NCBI GenBank assembly: GCA_943787795.1
Contig: CALSNU010000001.1
Location: forward strand, 160,001-224,000
Direction of reading: 5' to 3'
Source of the DNA: an uncultured bacterium
Lineage (GTDB): Bacteria > Planctomycetota > UBA1135 > GCA-002686595
DNA length: 64,000 nt
The notes beneath the pieces were generated by a model, which ran no database searches, was not told where the DNA came from, and saw only the letters and a list, made by a program, of their open reading frames with translations. Every line of letters starts with the position of its first letter. The first letter of the stretch is position 1. The position numbers were made by a program, and so were the translations under genes. Shown here piece by piece: positions 10,845 through 20,161 of this stretch.

Positions 10845-12671
10845 TCAGGAGGTGTGCGACTCGACCTCGCGGCGCGGCGCGCGAATGGACTCCACCATCT
10901 CTGTCACCGCGGCGGGCGGCGCGGGGGTCACGAGGGTGACGCCGACCGTTACGACCGTGTTCACCAGCACCCCGAGGGCGCCGATCCCCTCTGGAGAGAT
11001 GCCAAACCAGAGCTGGTCGGGGGTGCCGCCGAGGAACTTGAAGTAGACGATGTAGGAAATCGTGAAGCCCAACCCCGCGATCATCCCCAGCACCGCGCCC
11101 GCACCGTTGGTCCGCTTCCAGAAGATGCCCAGCACGATCGCCGGGAAGAAGGACGAGGCCGCGAGCCCGAAGGCGAAGGCGACGACCTGGGCCACGAAGC
11201 CCGGCGGGTGGATGCCCAGGATGCCGGCGACGACGACCGCCACGGCGGCGGCGCTGCGGGCGGCGATCAGCTCTCCGCGCTCCGAGAGGTTGGGCGCGAA
11301 CCCCCGCTTGAGCAGGTCATGGCTGACGGCGGAGGAGACCACGAGCAGCAGGCCTGCGGCGGTGGAGAGGGCGGCTGCGAGGCCGCCCGCGGCGACGAGG
11401 GCGATCACCCAGTTGGGGAGCGCCGCGATCTCCGGGGCGGCGAGGACCATGATGTCCCGGTCCACGTAGAGCTCGTTCTTGTTGTCCGTCGGCGGATTCT
11501 GGAGCAGGCGCTCGCCGTGCTCCCCGCGCCCGAGGGGATCGCCGGGAGCCCCGGAGAAGACGGGCATGACCTTCGCCTGGCCGGGCAGGGCCTCGAAGGC
11601 GGCGCCGGGCCGATACTGCACGCGGCCATCGGCGTTCTTGTCGACCCAGGCGATCAGGTCGGTGTCCTCCCAGTTCTTGAACCAGTCGGGGAGGGGAGCC
11701 TGATCCCCCTGCGCGGCGTCGGCGCGGTAGGGCGCGCCCTCCACGGACTCGATCAGGTTGGTTCGAGAAAACGCGGCCACGGCGGGAGCCGCCGTGTAGA
11801 GGATCGCGATGAAGAGGAGCGCCCAGAAGGCCGAGACGCGGGCGTCGCGCACCCGGGGCACGGTGTAGAAGCGGACGATCACGTGGGGGAGGCCCGCGGT
11901 GCCGACCATCAGGGCCATCGTGATACAGAAGACGTCCAGGGTGGACTTGCTCCCGCTGGTGTAGGCGTCGAAGCCCAGCTCCTTGTGGAGCCCGTCGAGC
12001 TTGGCGAGCAGCGAGGTGCCCGCGCCGACGGCCTCCCCGCCGAAGCCGAGCTGGGGGATCACATTCCCCGTGCTCACGATCGACAGGAAGATCGCGGGGA
12101 CGAGGAAGGCGGTGATGAGCACGCAGTACTGGGCCACCTGGGTGTAGGTGATCCCCTTCATGCCGCCCAGCACGGCGTAGAAGAAGACGATGGCCATCCC
12201 GATCACGACCCCCGTGTTCACGGGCACCTCCAGGAACCGGGAGAAGACCACACCCACGCCGCGCATCTGGCCGGCGACGTAGGTGAAGGAGACGAACAGG
12301 GCGGCGACCACCGCCACGAGGCGCGCCGTGCGGCTGTAGTAGCGATCGCCGATGAAGTCAGGGACCGTGAACTTCCCGAAGCGCCGCAGGTACGGCGCGA
12401 GCAGGAGCGCGAGCAGGACGTACCCGCCGGTCCAGCCCAGGAGGTAGACCGAGCCGTCGTACCCTGTGAAGGAGATGATCCCGGCCATGGACAGGAACGA
12501 CGCCGCTGACATCCAGTCCGCCGCGGTCGCCATGCCGTTGGCGAGGGGGGGGACGCCGCCGCCCGCCACGTAGAACTCGTTCGTGGACCCCGCGCGAGAT
12601 CGGAGCGCGATGAAGATGTAGAGCGCGAAGCTGACGCTGACCAGGAGGTAGGTCCAGGCTTGAACGGTCAT
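10845..12671 (-). CDS. Sodium:solute symporter, ActP-like large subunit
   Basis: NGMATAADWMSAASF, GKFTVPDFIGDRY, GTAGLPHVIVRFYTVP; soluble insertion containing DKNADG. Confidence 0.9.
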   Translation of the reverse strand: MTVQAWTYLLVSVSFALYIFIALRSRAGSTNEFYVAGGGVPPLANGMATAADWMSAASFLSMAGIISFTGYDGSVYLLGWTGGYVLLALLLAPYLRRFGKFTVPDFIGDRYYSRTARLVAVVAALFVSFTYVAGQMRGVGVVFSRFLEVPVNTGVVIGMAIVFFYAVLGGMKGITYTQVAQYCVLITAFLVPAIFLSIVSTGNVIPQLGFGGEAVGAGTSLLAKLDGLHKELGFDAYTSGSKSTLDVFCITMALMVGTAGLPHVIVRFYTVPRVRDARVSAFWALLFIAILYTAAPAVAAFSRTNLIESVEGAPYRADAAQGDQAPLPDWFKNWEDTDLIAWVDKNADGRVQYRPGAAFEALPGQAKVMPVFSGAPGDPLGRGEHGERLLQNPPTDNKNELYVDRDIMVLAAPEIAALPNWVIALVAAGGLAAALSTAAGLLLVVSSAVSHDLLKRGFAPNLSERGELIAARSAAAVAVVVAGILGIHPPGFVAQVVAFAFGLAASSFFPAIVLGIFWKRTNGAGAVLGMIAGLGFTISYIVYFKFLGGTPDQLWFGISPEGIGALGVLVNTVVTVGVTLVTPAPPAAVTEMVESIRAPRREVESHTS

Positions 12672-12985
12672 CGGGAGCCCCCCTCGCCGTGGATGGCCGC
12701 TCGCTCGGCGTCGAGCTTCGAGTCAATGCGCGAGGCCAGCAGGACGTACGCCCCGACCAAGGCGACGAAGATCACGATGGCGCCCTGCTGGGCGAACCAG
12801 AACCCGAGGGGGAAGCCCGTCCCGGGGAGCATGTACTGGTCGAGGGTCTCGCGCAGCAGGATGCCGCAGCCGAAGGAGGCTGTGAACCAGATGGAGAGCA
12901 GGGCTGCGATCAGTCGCAGGCTCCGCTGCCAATGCCGCGAGCATGCGGCTCGGTCGCGCTCTTCTTCCGTGGGGTGGTCGGTCAT
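12668..12985 (-). CDS. Symporter small subunit (DUF4212-like)
   Basis: Two TM segments with GFPLGFWFAQQG; ATG at 12985; stop overlaps the symporter start (ATGA). Confidence 0.85.
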   Translation of the reverse strand: MTDHPTEEERDRAACSRHWQRSLRLIAALLSIWFTASFGCGILLRETLDQYMLPGTGFPLGFWFAQQGAIVIFVALVGAYVLLASRIDSKLDAERAAIHGEGGSR

Positions 12986-13063
12986 ATGTAAGAGTGTAGG
13001 AAGCCGACGCGGCGACCCTGCCCCTCCGCTGGTGAGGAGGCGCCCCTTCCCCGGGTGAGGCTG

Positions 13064-13126
13064 CGCCCCGATCGCCCCATTCGCCCTGATCGCCTCAGTC
13101 GCCCCATTCGCCCCATTCGCCCCAGT
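13064..13126. repeat. 9-bp tandem repeat (cgccccatt-like), ~7 units
   Basis: cgccccgat cgccccatt cgccctgat cgcctcagt cgccccatt cgccccatt cgccccagt read directly. Confidence 0.8.
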
Positions 13127-13162
13127 CGCCTCGCGCCCCGGTTGCTGGCCGCATGGGCGGGA

Positions 13163-13178
13163 TGTGATGTGAGCCACA
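13163..13178. promoter_or_regulatory. CRP/FNR-family-like binding site
   Basis: TGTGA-tgtgag-CCACA, one mismatch to TGTGA-N6-TCACA, in the divergent intergenic region upstream of the symporter operon. Confidence 0.35.
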
Positions 13179-13365
13179 GCAGGCTCGGGACAGGTCACGG
13201 AGGGGGAATGCCTTGAAGCTGGGCCCGCCAGCTTCAGGCGAGCGCCATAGACTGAACGAGACGGCGCCGCAGGCGTCCGCCGGTGGCTCTCCACCCCCCC
13301 CAGGAGCCGCCCCACCCCGACTATCGTCCCCCCGCCGGAGCCGCCTTCCCCCCAGGGCCGCGCCT

Positions 13366-16338
13366 ATGAACTCTTCACGATCGCTCCGACCCGGGGCGCT
13401 GCTCCTCCTCGTCTCCCTGCTGGGAGCGCCCTCGATCAACGCCCAGGCGCCGGCGCCGATCGACCTCGAGGGCTTCCAGTGGCGGCCCCTCGGCCCCACC
13501 GGCTTTGGAGGCCGGGTCGTCGATCTCGCGCTCCACCCCGAGCGGCCCCGGAGCCTCTGGGTGGCGAGTGCGTCGGGCGGGCTCTGGTTGACCGAGGACC
13601 ACGGCACCTCATGGCGCTGCCTCTTCGAGCGTGAGGGGACGATCTCCATCGGTGACGTCGCCGTGGACCCCTCGAACCCCGACGTCCTCTGGGTGGGGAC
13701 GGGGGAGGCCAACAACCAGCGCAGCTCGTACTGGGGCGATGGTGTGTACAAGTCCACGGACGGCGGGGAGACGTGGAAGCACGTGGGCCTCGGCGACTCG
13801 CACCACATCGGACGCATCGTCGTGGACCCCGAGAACCCAGACCACGTGTTCGTGGCGGTCCTCGGCCACCTCTACACGCCCAACGAGGAGCGAGGTCTCT
13901 ACCGCACCACCGACGGAGGCGAGACCTGGAGCCGGGTCCTGCGCGTCAGCGAGGACGTCGGCGTGGTGGACGTGGCGATGGACCCCTCCGACGCCAAGCT
14001 CGTCTATGCGGCGTCCTATGAGCGCCGCCGCCGCGCCTGGGACTTCGACGGCAACGGGCCGGGGTCGGGAATCTGGCGATCGGAGGACGGCGGCGCAACG
14101 TTCGAGCGCTGCGCTGGGGGCCTTCCGGAGGGAGACATCGGGCGGATCGGCCTGGATGTCTTCCCGGCGGATGGGCAGGTCATCGCCACTGTTGCGAACC
14201 AGAACGTGGAGGTCGAAGAGCGTGAGCCGCGCCCCGCCTTGGAGGCCGAGTGGAAGGACGGCGGGCTCGTGGTGACCGACGTCGAGCGTCGAGGTGGCGC
14301 CCGCGAGGCCGGGCTGCGCCGCGGCGATGTGATCCGCCGGGTCGGTGACCGGTCGATCGACTCGGCCTTCAAGTGGCTCAAGGTCATGGCGCTCCTCGAG
14401 GCCGACGGCGACGCGGCGAGCGAGCCGGTGGAGGTGACCTACGAGCGCGGTGGTGAGGTGGCCACCGCCACCACGACGCTGGCTGCGCTCCTCGTCTTTC
14501 AACCGGAGCCCCGTGAGCGCCAGGTGGGAGGCGAGGTCTATCGATCCTCAGATCGAGGGGTGACCTGGACCCGGGTGAACGAGAAGCCCGCTGGAGGGAG
14601 CCCTGCGTACTACTACGGTCAGGTCCGCTTCGATCCCAAGGACGACCAGCGCGCCTACATGTGCAGCGTCCCGCTCTACCGCACCGAGGACGGCGGAGCG
14701 ACGTGGGATCGGATCGCGGGCTCCGTCCATGTGGACCACCACGCGGTCCTCGTGGACCCCGCGGACACGAACAAGGTCTGGCTCGGCAACGACGGTGGCC
14801 TGCACGTGTCCTTTGACCGTGGGAGTAGCTGGCAGCACATCAACAACCTGCCCATCTCGCAGTTCTACGCCGTCGGGCTCGACATGTCCGAGCCCTTCCG
14901 CGTGTACGGCGGCACCCAGGACAACGGCACATGGGGCGGGCCGAGCACCTCGCGCGATCCCAAGGGCATTCACCCGTCCGAGTGGGACTACGTGGGCGGC
15001 GGCGACGGCTTCTACGCTCAGATCGATCCCCGGGATCCGAGCACCGTCTACGGCGAGTCCCAGTTCGGCGCCATCTATCGACGGAACATGGTGACGGGCA
15101 CGTCGGTGGGGATCCGCCCCTCCAAGCCCGAGGGCGCTGAGGAGTCGGCCCTGCGCTTCAACTGGAACTCTCCGATCCTGATCTCGGCGCACAACCCCGA
15201 GATCATCTACTTCGGCGGGAACCGGCTGTTCAAGTCCTACGACCGCGGAGACAGCTGGCCGGTACATAGCCCGGACCTGACGTCGAATGACGCCGAGAAG
15301 ATCGCCGGGAACGTGCCCCACTGCACGATCACGACGGTCGCGGAGTCGCCCGTCGACCCCGGGCTGCTGCTCGTGGGTACCGACGATGGCCTCGTCCAGA
15401 TGTCGAGCGACGGCGGGTACGAGTGGTCGAACCTGACCGGTCAGTTCCCCGGTCTCCCCTCAAATTGGTGGGTGAGCCGGGTGACGCTCTCGGCCCACGA
15501 TCGCGGGCGAGCCTTCGCGAGCTTCACCGGCTACCGAGAGGACGACTTCCGACCGCTGGTCTACACCACCGACGAGTTGGGTAGCGGCAAGAGCTGGCGG
15601 CTCATCACCGAGGGGCTCGAGCCCGGCGGGCCCGTCAACGACGTCATCGAAGACCCGGCCAACCCGGACGTGCTCTTCGTGGGGACAGAGCTCGGCGCAT
15701 TCATGAGCTGTGACCGCGGCGCCAGCTGGGTGCGGCTCCAGGGGGGCCTCCCGCGGGTGGCGGTCCATGACCTTGCGCTCCACGATCGTGACGGCGTGTT
15801 GGTCGCGGCCACGCACGGGAGGGGCTTCTGGGCCCTGGACGTGGACGGCCTCCGTGGCCTGTCCAAGGAGGCGCTCGAGGCCCCCGTTCACCTCCTTCCC
15901 GTCGGGGATCTGACGCGCTGGGCGCGCCGGTCGGCCGTGGGGGGATACGGGGGAGGCGACTCCACCTGGCGGGGTCAGAACGAGGCGCGAGATCTGAAGC
16001 TGTGGGTCCACCGACGAGCAGGCGAGGCGTCGATCGCGGTGGAGATCCGCGGTCCAGGCGACGAGTCCGTTGCTCTCATCGAGGTCCCGGCCGGCCCGGG
16101 GCTGCATGGGCTCAGCTGGGACGGCGCGCTGGATCGCGCGGTGGCCAGGCGGCGGGGGCGCGCGCCGGAGGGTCAGTACTCGGCGCAGCTCTCGAGGCTC
16201 TCCGAAGACGAGGACGCCGCCCGCGAGCCTATCGGCGATCGTCGAGTCTTCACGGTCCGCCGGGACCCCATGCTCGACGGCGCTTCGGCGGCTGAGATGG
16301 CGGCGGAAGACGCCGTCGGCTCGTCCGAGCGCCACTAG
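13366..16338 (+). CDS. Secreted BNR/VPS10-type beta-propeller protein (glycosyl hydrolase-like) with PDZ-like insertion
   Basis: Signal peptide from ATG 13366, many S.DGG.TW Asp-box repeats, RFNWNSPI, ATHGRGFW. Confidence 0.85.
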   Translation: MNSSRSLRPGALLLLVSLLGAPSINAQAPAPIDLEGFQWRPLGPTGFGGRVVDLALHPERPRSLWVASASGGLWLTEDHGTSWRCLFEREGTISIGDVAVDPSNPDVLWVGTGEANNQRSSYWGDGVYKSTDGGETWKHVGLGDSHHIGRIVVDPENPDHVFVAVLGHLYTPNEERGLYRTTDGGETWSRVLRVSEDVGVVDVAMDPSDAKLVYAASYERRRRAWDFDGNGPGSGIWRSEDGGATFERCAGGLPEGDIGRIGLDVFPADGQVIATVANQNVEVEEREPRPALEAEWKDGGLVVTDVERRGGAREAGLRRGDVIRRVGDRSIDSAFKWLKVMALLEADGDAASEPVEVTYERGGEVATATTTLAALLVFQPEPRERQVGGEVYRSSDRGVTWTRVNEKPAGGSPAYYYGQVRFDPKDDQRAYMCSVPLYRTEDGGATWDRIAGSVHVDHHAVLVDPADTNKVWLGNDGGLHVSFDRGSSWQHINNLPISQFYAVGLDMSEPFRVYGGTQDNGTWGGPSTSRDPKGIHPSEWDYVGGGDGFYAQIDPRDPSTVYGESQFGAIYRRNMVTGTSVGIRPSKPEGAEESALRFNWNSPILISAHNPEIIYFGGNRLFKSYDRGDSWPVHSPDLTSNDAEKIAGNVPHCTITTVAESPVDPGLLLVGTDDGLVQMSSDGGYEWSNLTGQFPGLPSNWWVSRVTLSAHDRGRAFASFTGYREDDFRPLVYTTDELGSGKSWRLITEGLEPGGPVNDVIEDPANPDVLFVGTELGAFMSCDRGASWVRLQGGLPRVAVHDLALHDRDGVLVAATHGRGFWALDVDGLRGLSKEALEAPVHLLPVGDLTRWARRSAVGGYGGGDSTWRGQNEARDLKLWVHRRAGEASIAVEIRGPGDESVALIEVPAGPGLHGLSWDGALDRAVARRRGRAPEGQYSAQLSRLSEDEDAAREPIGDRRVFTVRRDPMLDGASAAEMAAEDAVGSSERH

Positions 16339-16464
16339 CACCGAGCGCTGCCGATCGCTCGCAGCGGAAGGACCGGTCGACCCCCGTCCGCCGTGCGCGC
16401 CTCGACCTCGGCGGAGGAGGGCGCGCCGGGAGAGCCGAGGCCCCGGTGCCGAACGATCGTCACC

Positions 16465-16528
16465 GTGCCGCCTCTTGTGAGTGCCGCCTCTTGTGGGTGC
16501 TGCCCTCTGTAGGGGCCGCCCGTCGAAG
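16465..16528. repeat. Degenerate 16-bp tandem repeat, 4 units
   Basis: gtgccgcctcttgtga / gtgccgcctcttgtgg / gtgctgccctctgtag / gggccgcccgtcgaag. Confidence 0.6.
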
Positions 16529-16600
16529 GGACCGCGAGGGACCGCGAGGGACCGGGTTGGCCGAGAGCCGGCCGCTCGTCGAAGTCTGCCAGCGGTCTTC

Positions 16601-16650
16601 GGGGCTCGGGGGCTCCGGGGCTCCGGGGCTCCGGGGCGGTGGGGGCTCCG
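16601..16650. repeat. 8-bp tandem repeat (ggggctcc)
   Basis: ggggctcg ggggctcc ggggctcc ggggctcc ggggc... plus one further offset copy. Confidence 0.7.
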
Positions 16651-17061
16651 AGCGAGCAGGCCATCGCTCCTTCTCCATCTGCCCCCGCGTCCGCCACCTG
16701 GTGGTTGCGTTCCGCCTGGCTCAGCCCCTCCGCCATGCTGGCGTCATCCTCACATTCAGGTCCGTACAAGTGAGGCCCTCCATCCCCTCCCGGTTGCTCC
16801 ACGGTCGGGCACGCGGTGACCCGTCCGCGGCGCCTGGATGCGCCAAGTTGGCGAATTCGTTCTCGGTGCGTCGGTTGTGTGAGTTCGGTGAAGCGGTGGG
16901 GTGCTTGCATCTTTGCCCAGCGGCCTCCCGAAGCCTGGGGTGCAAGACGGAGCAGGGCGATCCACGCTCGACGCCCCATCTTGAACCCCTCTCGCGGGCC
17001 GCCGCCTGGCCCGCCGACTCCGCATCCAAGCCGGGCTGTCCCAAGCCCAACAGAATCAGCC

Positions 17062-18012
17062 ATGAAACTCACCTTCGCCCTCACCGGTTTCGCTCTCGCC
17101 GCTGCCAGCTTCGCTTCGACCGGCTCCGACGACACCCCCTGCTCCCAGACCTGCAGCTCGACGCCCCGCGCGGCGCTTGCCTCCAACGCCGTGGACGACA
17201 TTGTCACCACCGCGGTCAAGGCCGGCAGCTTCAACACCCTCGCGGCCGCTCTGAAGAGCGCCGAGCTCATTGGCGCGCTGCAGGGAGAGGGCCCGTTCAC
17301 GGTCTTCGCACCGACGGACGCTGCCTTCGCCAAGCTCCCCAAGGGCACCGTTGAGTCCCTCCTCGAGGAGAAGAACCGCGGTGCGCTCACCGGAATCCTG
17401 ACCTACCACGTGGTCGCCGGCGACGTGCGCTCCAAGCAGATCGTCAAGGACAAGCTCACCACCGCCACCACCCTGAACGGTCAGCGCCTTGACATCGTCA
17501 TCGACGAGGGCACCGTCACCATCGACGGCGCCACCGTCGTGACCGCGGACATCGTTTGCTCGAACGGTGTGATCCACGTGATCGACACGGTGATGCTGCC
17601 GCAGTCGAAGAACCTCGCCGAGGTTGCCACGGGTGCGGGCTCCTTCGGGACGCTCCTCGCCGCCGCCAAGGCCGCTGGACTCGTGGACGCGCTGACTAAG
17701 GGCGGCCCCTTCACGGTCTTCGCCCCGACGGACGACGCCTTCGCCAAGCTGCCCGAGGGCACGGTCGCGACGCTTCTCAAGCCGGAGAACAAGGGCCGCC
17801 TCGCCGCGATCTTGAAGCACCACATCGTCTCCGGACGCGTCTACGCTGACCAGGCTGCCAAGCTCGACAAGGCGCCCACCATCGGCGGCACCGAGCTCGC
17901 CATCGCGATCAACAAGGACGGCGCCAAGGTCGGCAACGCCAACATCGTCGCCACCGACATCGAGGCCTCCAACGGCGTCATCCACGTGATCGACACCGTG
18001 CTCCTCCCCTGA
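17062..18012 (+). CDS. Fasciclin (FAS1) domain protein, two domains, secreted
   Basis: Two copies each of GPFTVFAPTD.AFAKLP and SNGVIHVIDTV; signal peptide from ATG 17062. Confidence 0.93.
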   Translation: MKLTFALTGFALAAASFASTGSDDTPCSQTCSSTPRAALASNAVDDIVTTAVKAGSFNTLAAALKSAELIGALQGEGPFTVFAPTDAAFAKLPKGTVESLLEEKNRGALTGILTYHVVAGDVRSKQIVKDKLTTATTLNGQRLDIVIDEGTVTIDGATVVTADIVCSNGVIHVIDTVMLPQSKNLAEVATGAGSFGTLLAAAKAAGLVDALTKGGPFTVFAPTDDAFAKLPEGTVATLLKPENKGRLAAILKHHIVSGRVYADQAAKLDKAPTIGGTELAIAINKDGAKVGNANIVATDIEASNGVIHVIDTVLLP

Positions 18013-18032
18013 GCATCTGGTCCGCTCGCCAC

Positions 18033-18070
18033 GTGGCCGGCGATCTTCGGATCGCCGGCCACTTTTTCTT
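18033..18070 (+). terminator. Rho-independent terminator
   Basis: 13-bp perfect stem gtggccggcgatc/gatcgccggccac, TTCG loop, tttttctt tail right after the fasciclin stop. Confidence 0.85.
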
Positions 18071-18212
18071 GGCGTACTTCGTCGGGCCCGCATCCGGTCG
18101 AGGACGAGGACCGAAGTGCGGGATGTAATGAGTAGAACTGGCTGGGGTCGAGCGCCCGACGCACTCAGGTGCGACGTCCGCTGACATCGGTCATGTCCCC
18201 GGGAAGGGACCC

Positions 18213-18250
18213 AGGCGCCGATCCTCAGTAGAGGGTCGGCGCCTATTTTC
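18213..18250. terminator. Second terminator-like hairpin
   Basis: aggcgccgatcctc-agta-gagggtcggcgcct followed by attttc. Confidence 0.55.
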
Positions 18251-18354
18251 GTTCGGGGCTCAAGCGCGCCCTCATCCCTGGCCGCTGCGGCGCTTGGACG
18301 GGCCGTGTGCAGCGGATGCTGAAGCGATGAGCCGGGGACCCCCTGCCTGCGTGC

Positions 18355-19107
18355 CTAGCGCTCTGCGCGGAGCGTCATGCCGCCTGACTGTCGCAGCTCC
18401 AGGCGGTAGGTCTGGCCTGCACGAGCCTCGACGGACGGCGCCTCGGCCTGGATGGCACGGACCCCGAGCCGCTCGGCGGCCGCCGGATCGTTGGCGTAGT
18501 CCCAGACCCGCTCGAAGAGGTCCTGATAGAGGGGGTCCGGCAGGTCATCGCCCGTGAAGGGCAGAGGGTGTTGATTGACTGAGTCCAGGGCGACGCCCTC
18601 GTCCGGGGCTAGCTCCTCGGAGAACATGCGCTGCAGGAGGCAGATCGAGGTGCCGCGGAGCGGATCCCCTTCCTCCACGTAGGAGTCGCTGAACTTCACG
18701 ACGATACCCTCCACGTAGAGCCTCGTTCCCGGCAGCGTGAACTCCTTGCCAGGCCCGATCGGGCTGCCCTCGGGGTCGAGCTCCGTGAACAGGACCTCGG
18801 TCTGCATCTCACCCGACCCATCCTCCGCCGGGCTCTGTCGCAGCACCTCGATCTGTGCGATTCGATGATCGAGCTGCAGCAGCTGACGGGCCAGCTCGAG
18901 CCGGGAGACCTCGGCCTCCAGGGATGCGACGGCCTCGTCGAGGGCTTCGATGCGCACGGTCTTATGCCCGTTATCCATCTCAAGACGGGCAATTCGGTCG
19001 TCCCGGACCCTCAAGGCCTGCGTGGCCTCGGTGGAACGGTCGTAGAAGATGAAGCTCCAGAAGGCGGCAATGAGGGCGAACGAGCCGAGGACGAGGTTGC
19101 GGACCAT
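18355..19107 (-). CDS. Membrane-anchored hypothetical protein with coiled coil
   Basis: N-terminal TM (MVRNLVLGSFALIAAFWSFIFY), heptad-like segment, globular C-terminus. Confidence 0.7.
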   Translation of the reverse strand: MVRNLVLGSFALIAAFWSFIFYDRSTEATQALRVRDDRIARLEMDNGHKTVRIEALDEAVASLEAEVSRLELARQLLQLDHRIAQIEVLRQSPAEDGSGEMQTEVLFTELDPEGSPIGPGKEFTLPGTRLYVEGIVVKFSDSYVEEGDPLRGTSICLLQRMFSEELAPDEGVALDSVNQHPLPFTGDDLPDPLYQDLFERVWDYANDPAAAERLGVRAIQAEAPSVEARAGQTYRLELRQSGGMTLRAER

Positions 19108-19265
19108 TTTGGGGTGCGGGGTGGACGGGAACTGACCGAAGGGCATTGTAGCGGCCTAGCAGGGCGTATTGGCGGCCCCATGGACCAGCAGGTTTCGTGG
19201 GGATACCGGGCCTGAAGTACCTGTAGCGATCTGCTGTCCAATCCCTGCGTGGCCTAACCAAACCC

Positions 19266-19778
19266 ATGAACCCCGACCTTCTCATCGGCCGCCTGGAGGC
19301 ATTTGCCTACCAGCTACGTCAGCTCGTTCAGAGCCTCCCCTCGGATCAAGCGCGGTGGCGTCCCGCTGAGGGCGGTATGTCGGTGCTCGAGATCGTCGGA
19401 AACCTCTGCGATCGCGAGATTCTCGACTTCCGACCGCGGCTGGAATTGACCCTCCGCGACCCCGAGAAGCCCTGGCCGAGGGTCGAGGCGGACGACGGCC
19501 TCGATGAGTTGAACTACAACGAACGCAAGCTCGACCGCGAGGCCGAGAAGTTCCAGCGCGAGCGCCTCAAGAGCGTCCAGTGGCTCAAGGGCCTCGGCGC
19601 GGCCAATTGGACGGCCACCCACGAGGAGCCCAAGCTCGGGCCGATCCGCGCGGGGGACCTGCTCGTCTCCTGGGCCAGCTACGACGCGATCATGACCAAG
19701 ATGATCGCCCGACGGAGCTTCGACTTGTCTCAGCGTGACGCGCCGGGCTTCGTCGCGACCTACGCCGGCGAGTGGTAG
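19266..19778 (+). CDS. DinB-like family protein
   Basis: ARWRP.EGGMSVLEIV..L.D.E..DFRPRL, F..ER.KS..WL, AGDLLVSW, YAGEW C-terminus. Confidence 0.75.
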   Translation: MNPDLLIGRLEAFAYQLRQLVQSLPSDQARWRPAEGGMSVLEIVGNLCDREILDFRPRLELTLRDPEKPWPRVEADDGLDELNYNERKLDREAEKFQRERLKSVQWLKGLGAANWTATHEEPKLGPIRAGDLLVSWASYDAIMTKMIARRSFDLSQRDAPGFVATYAGEW

Positions 19779-19923
19779 GGGCGGTGAGGGCGGTGGCCGG
19801 GCAAAAAAACCGCCGCTTTCCCTGAGAACGAGTCTCAATCGCGTAGTCTTCCCGCGGAGACGCCCGCCCGGCGCGGCCCACGTTCATGCACGTGGGCGGC
19901 GACCCCCAGGGCGGCACGATTCG

Positions 19924-20040
19924 GTGGGAAAGAAGAAGAAGAACAGCCCCAAGGGGGCGCTGAAGAAGAAGTGCTGCGACAAGCCCCTGCGCAAGATGTG
20001 CAAGCGGTGCCCGCGGCGCGCGACCTGCTCACTGGGCTGA
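19924..20040 (+). CDS. Small Lys/Cys-rich protein (38 aa)
   Basis: GTG-GKKKKNSPKGALKKKCCDKPLRKMCKRCPRRATCSLG; codon use (AAG, TGC, CTG) matches the genome. Confidence 0.55.
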   Translation: MGKKKKNSPKGALKKKCCDKPLRKMCKRCPRRATCSLG

Positions 20041-20161
20041 CTGCGGGCGGCTGCTCCGAAGCGCGACGGCCGGGAGCTCTGGCGTCTGACCGCCCCGAAT
20101 GGGTCTCGCTGTCGCTACCCTCCGTGCCCATGGTTCGAACCCGGCTGCAGGAGAAGATCCG

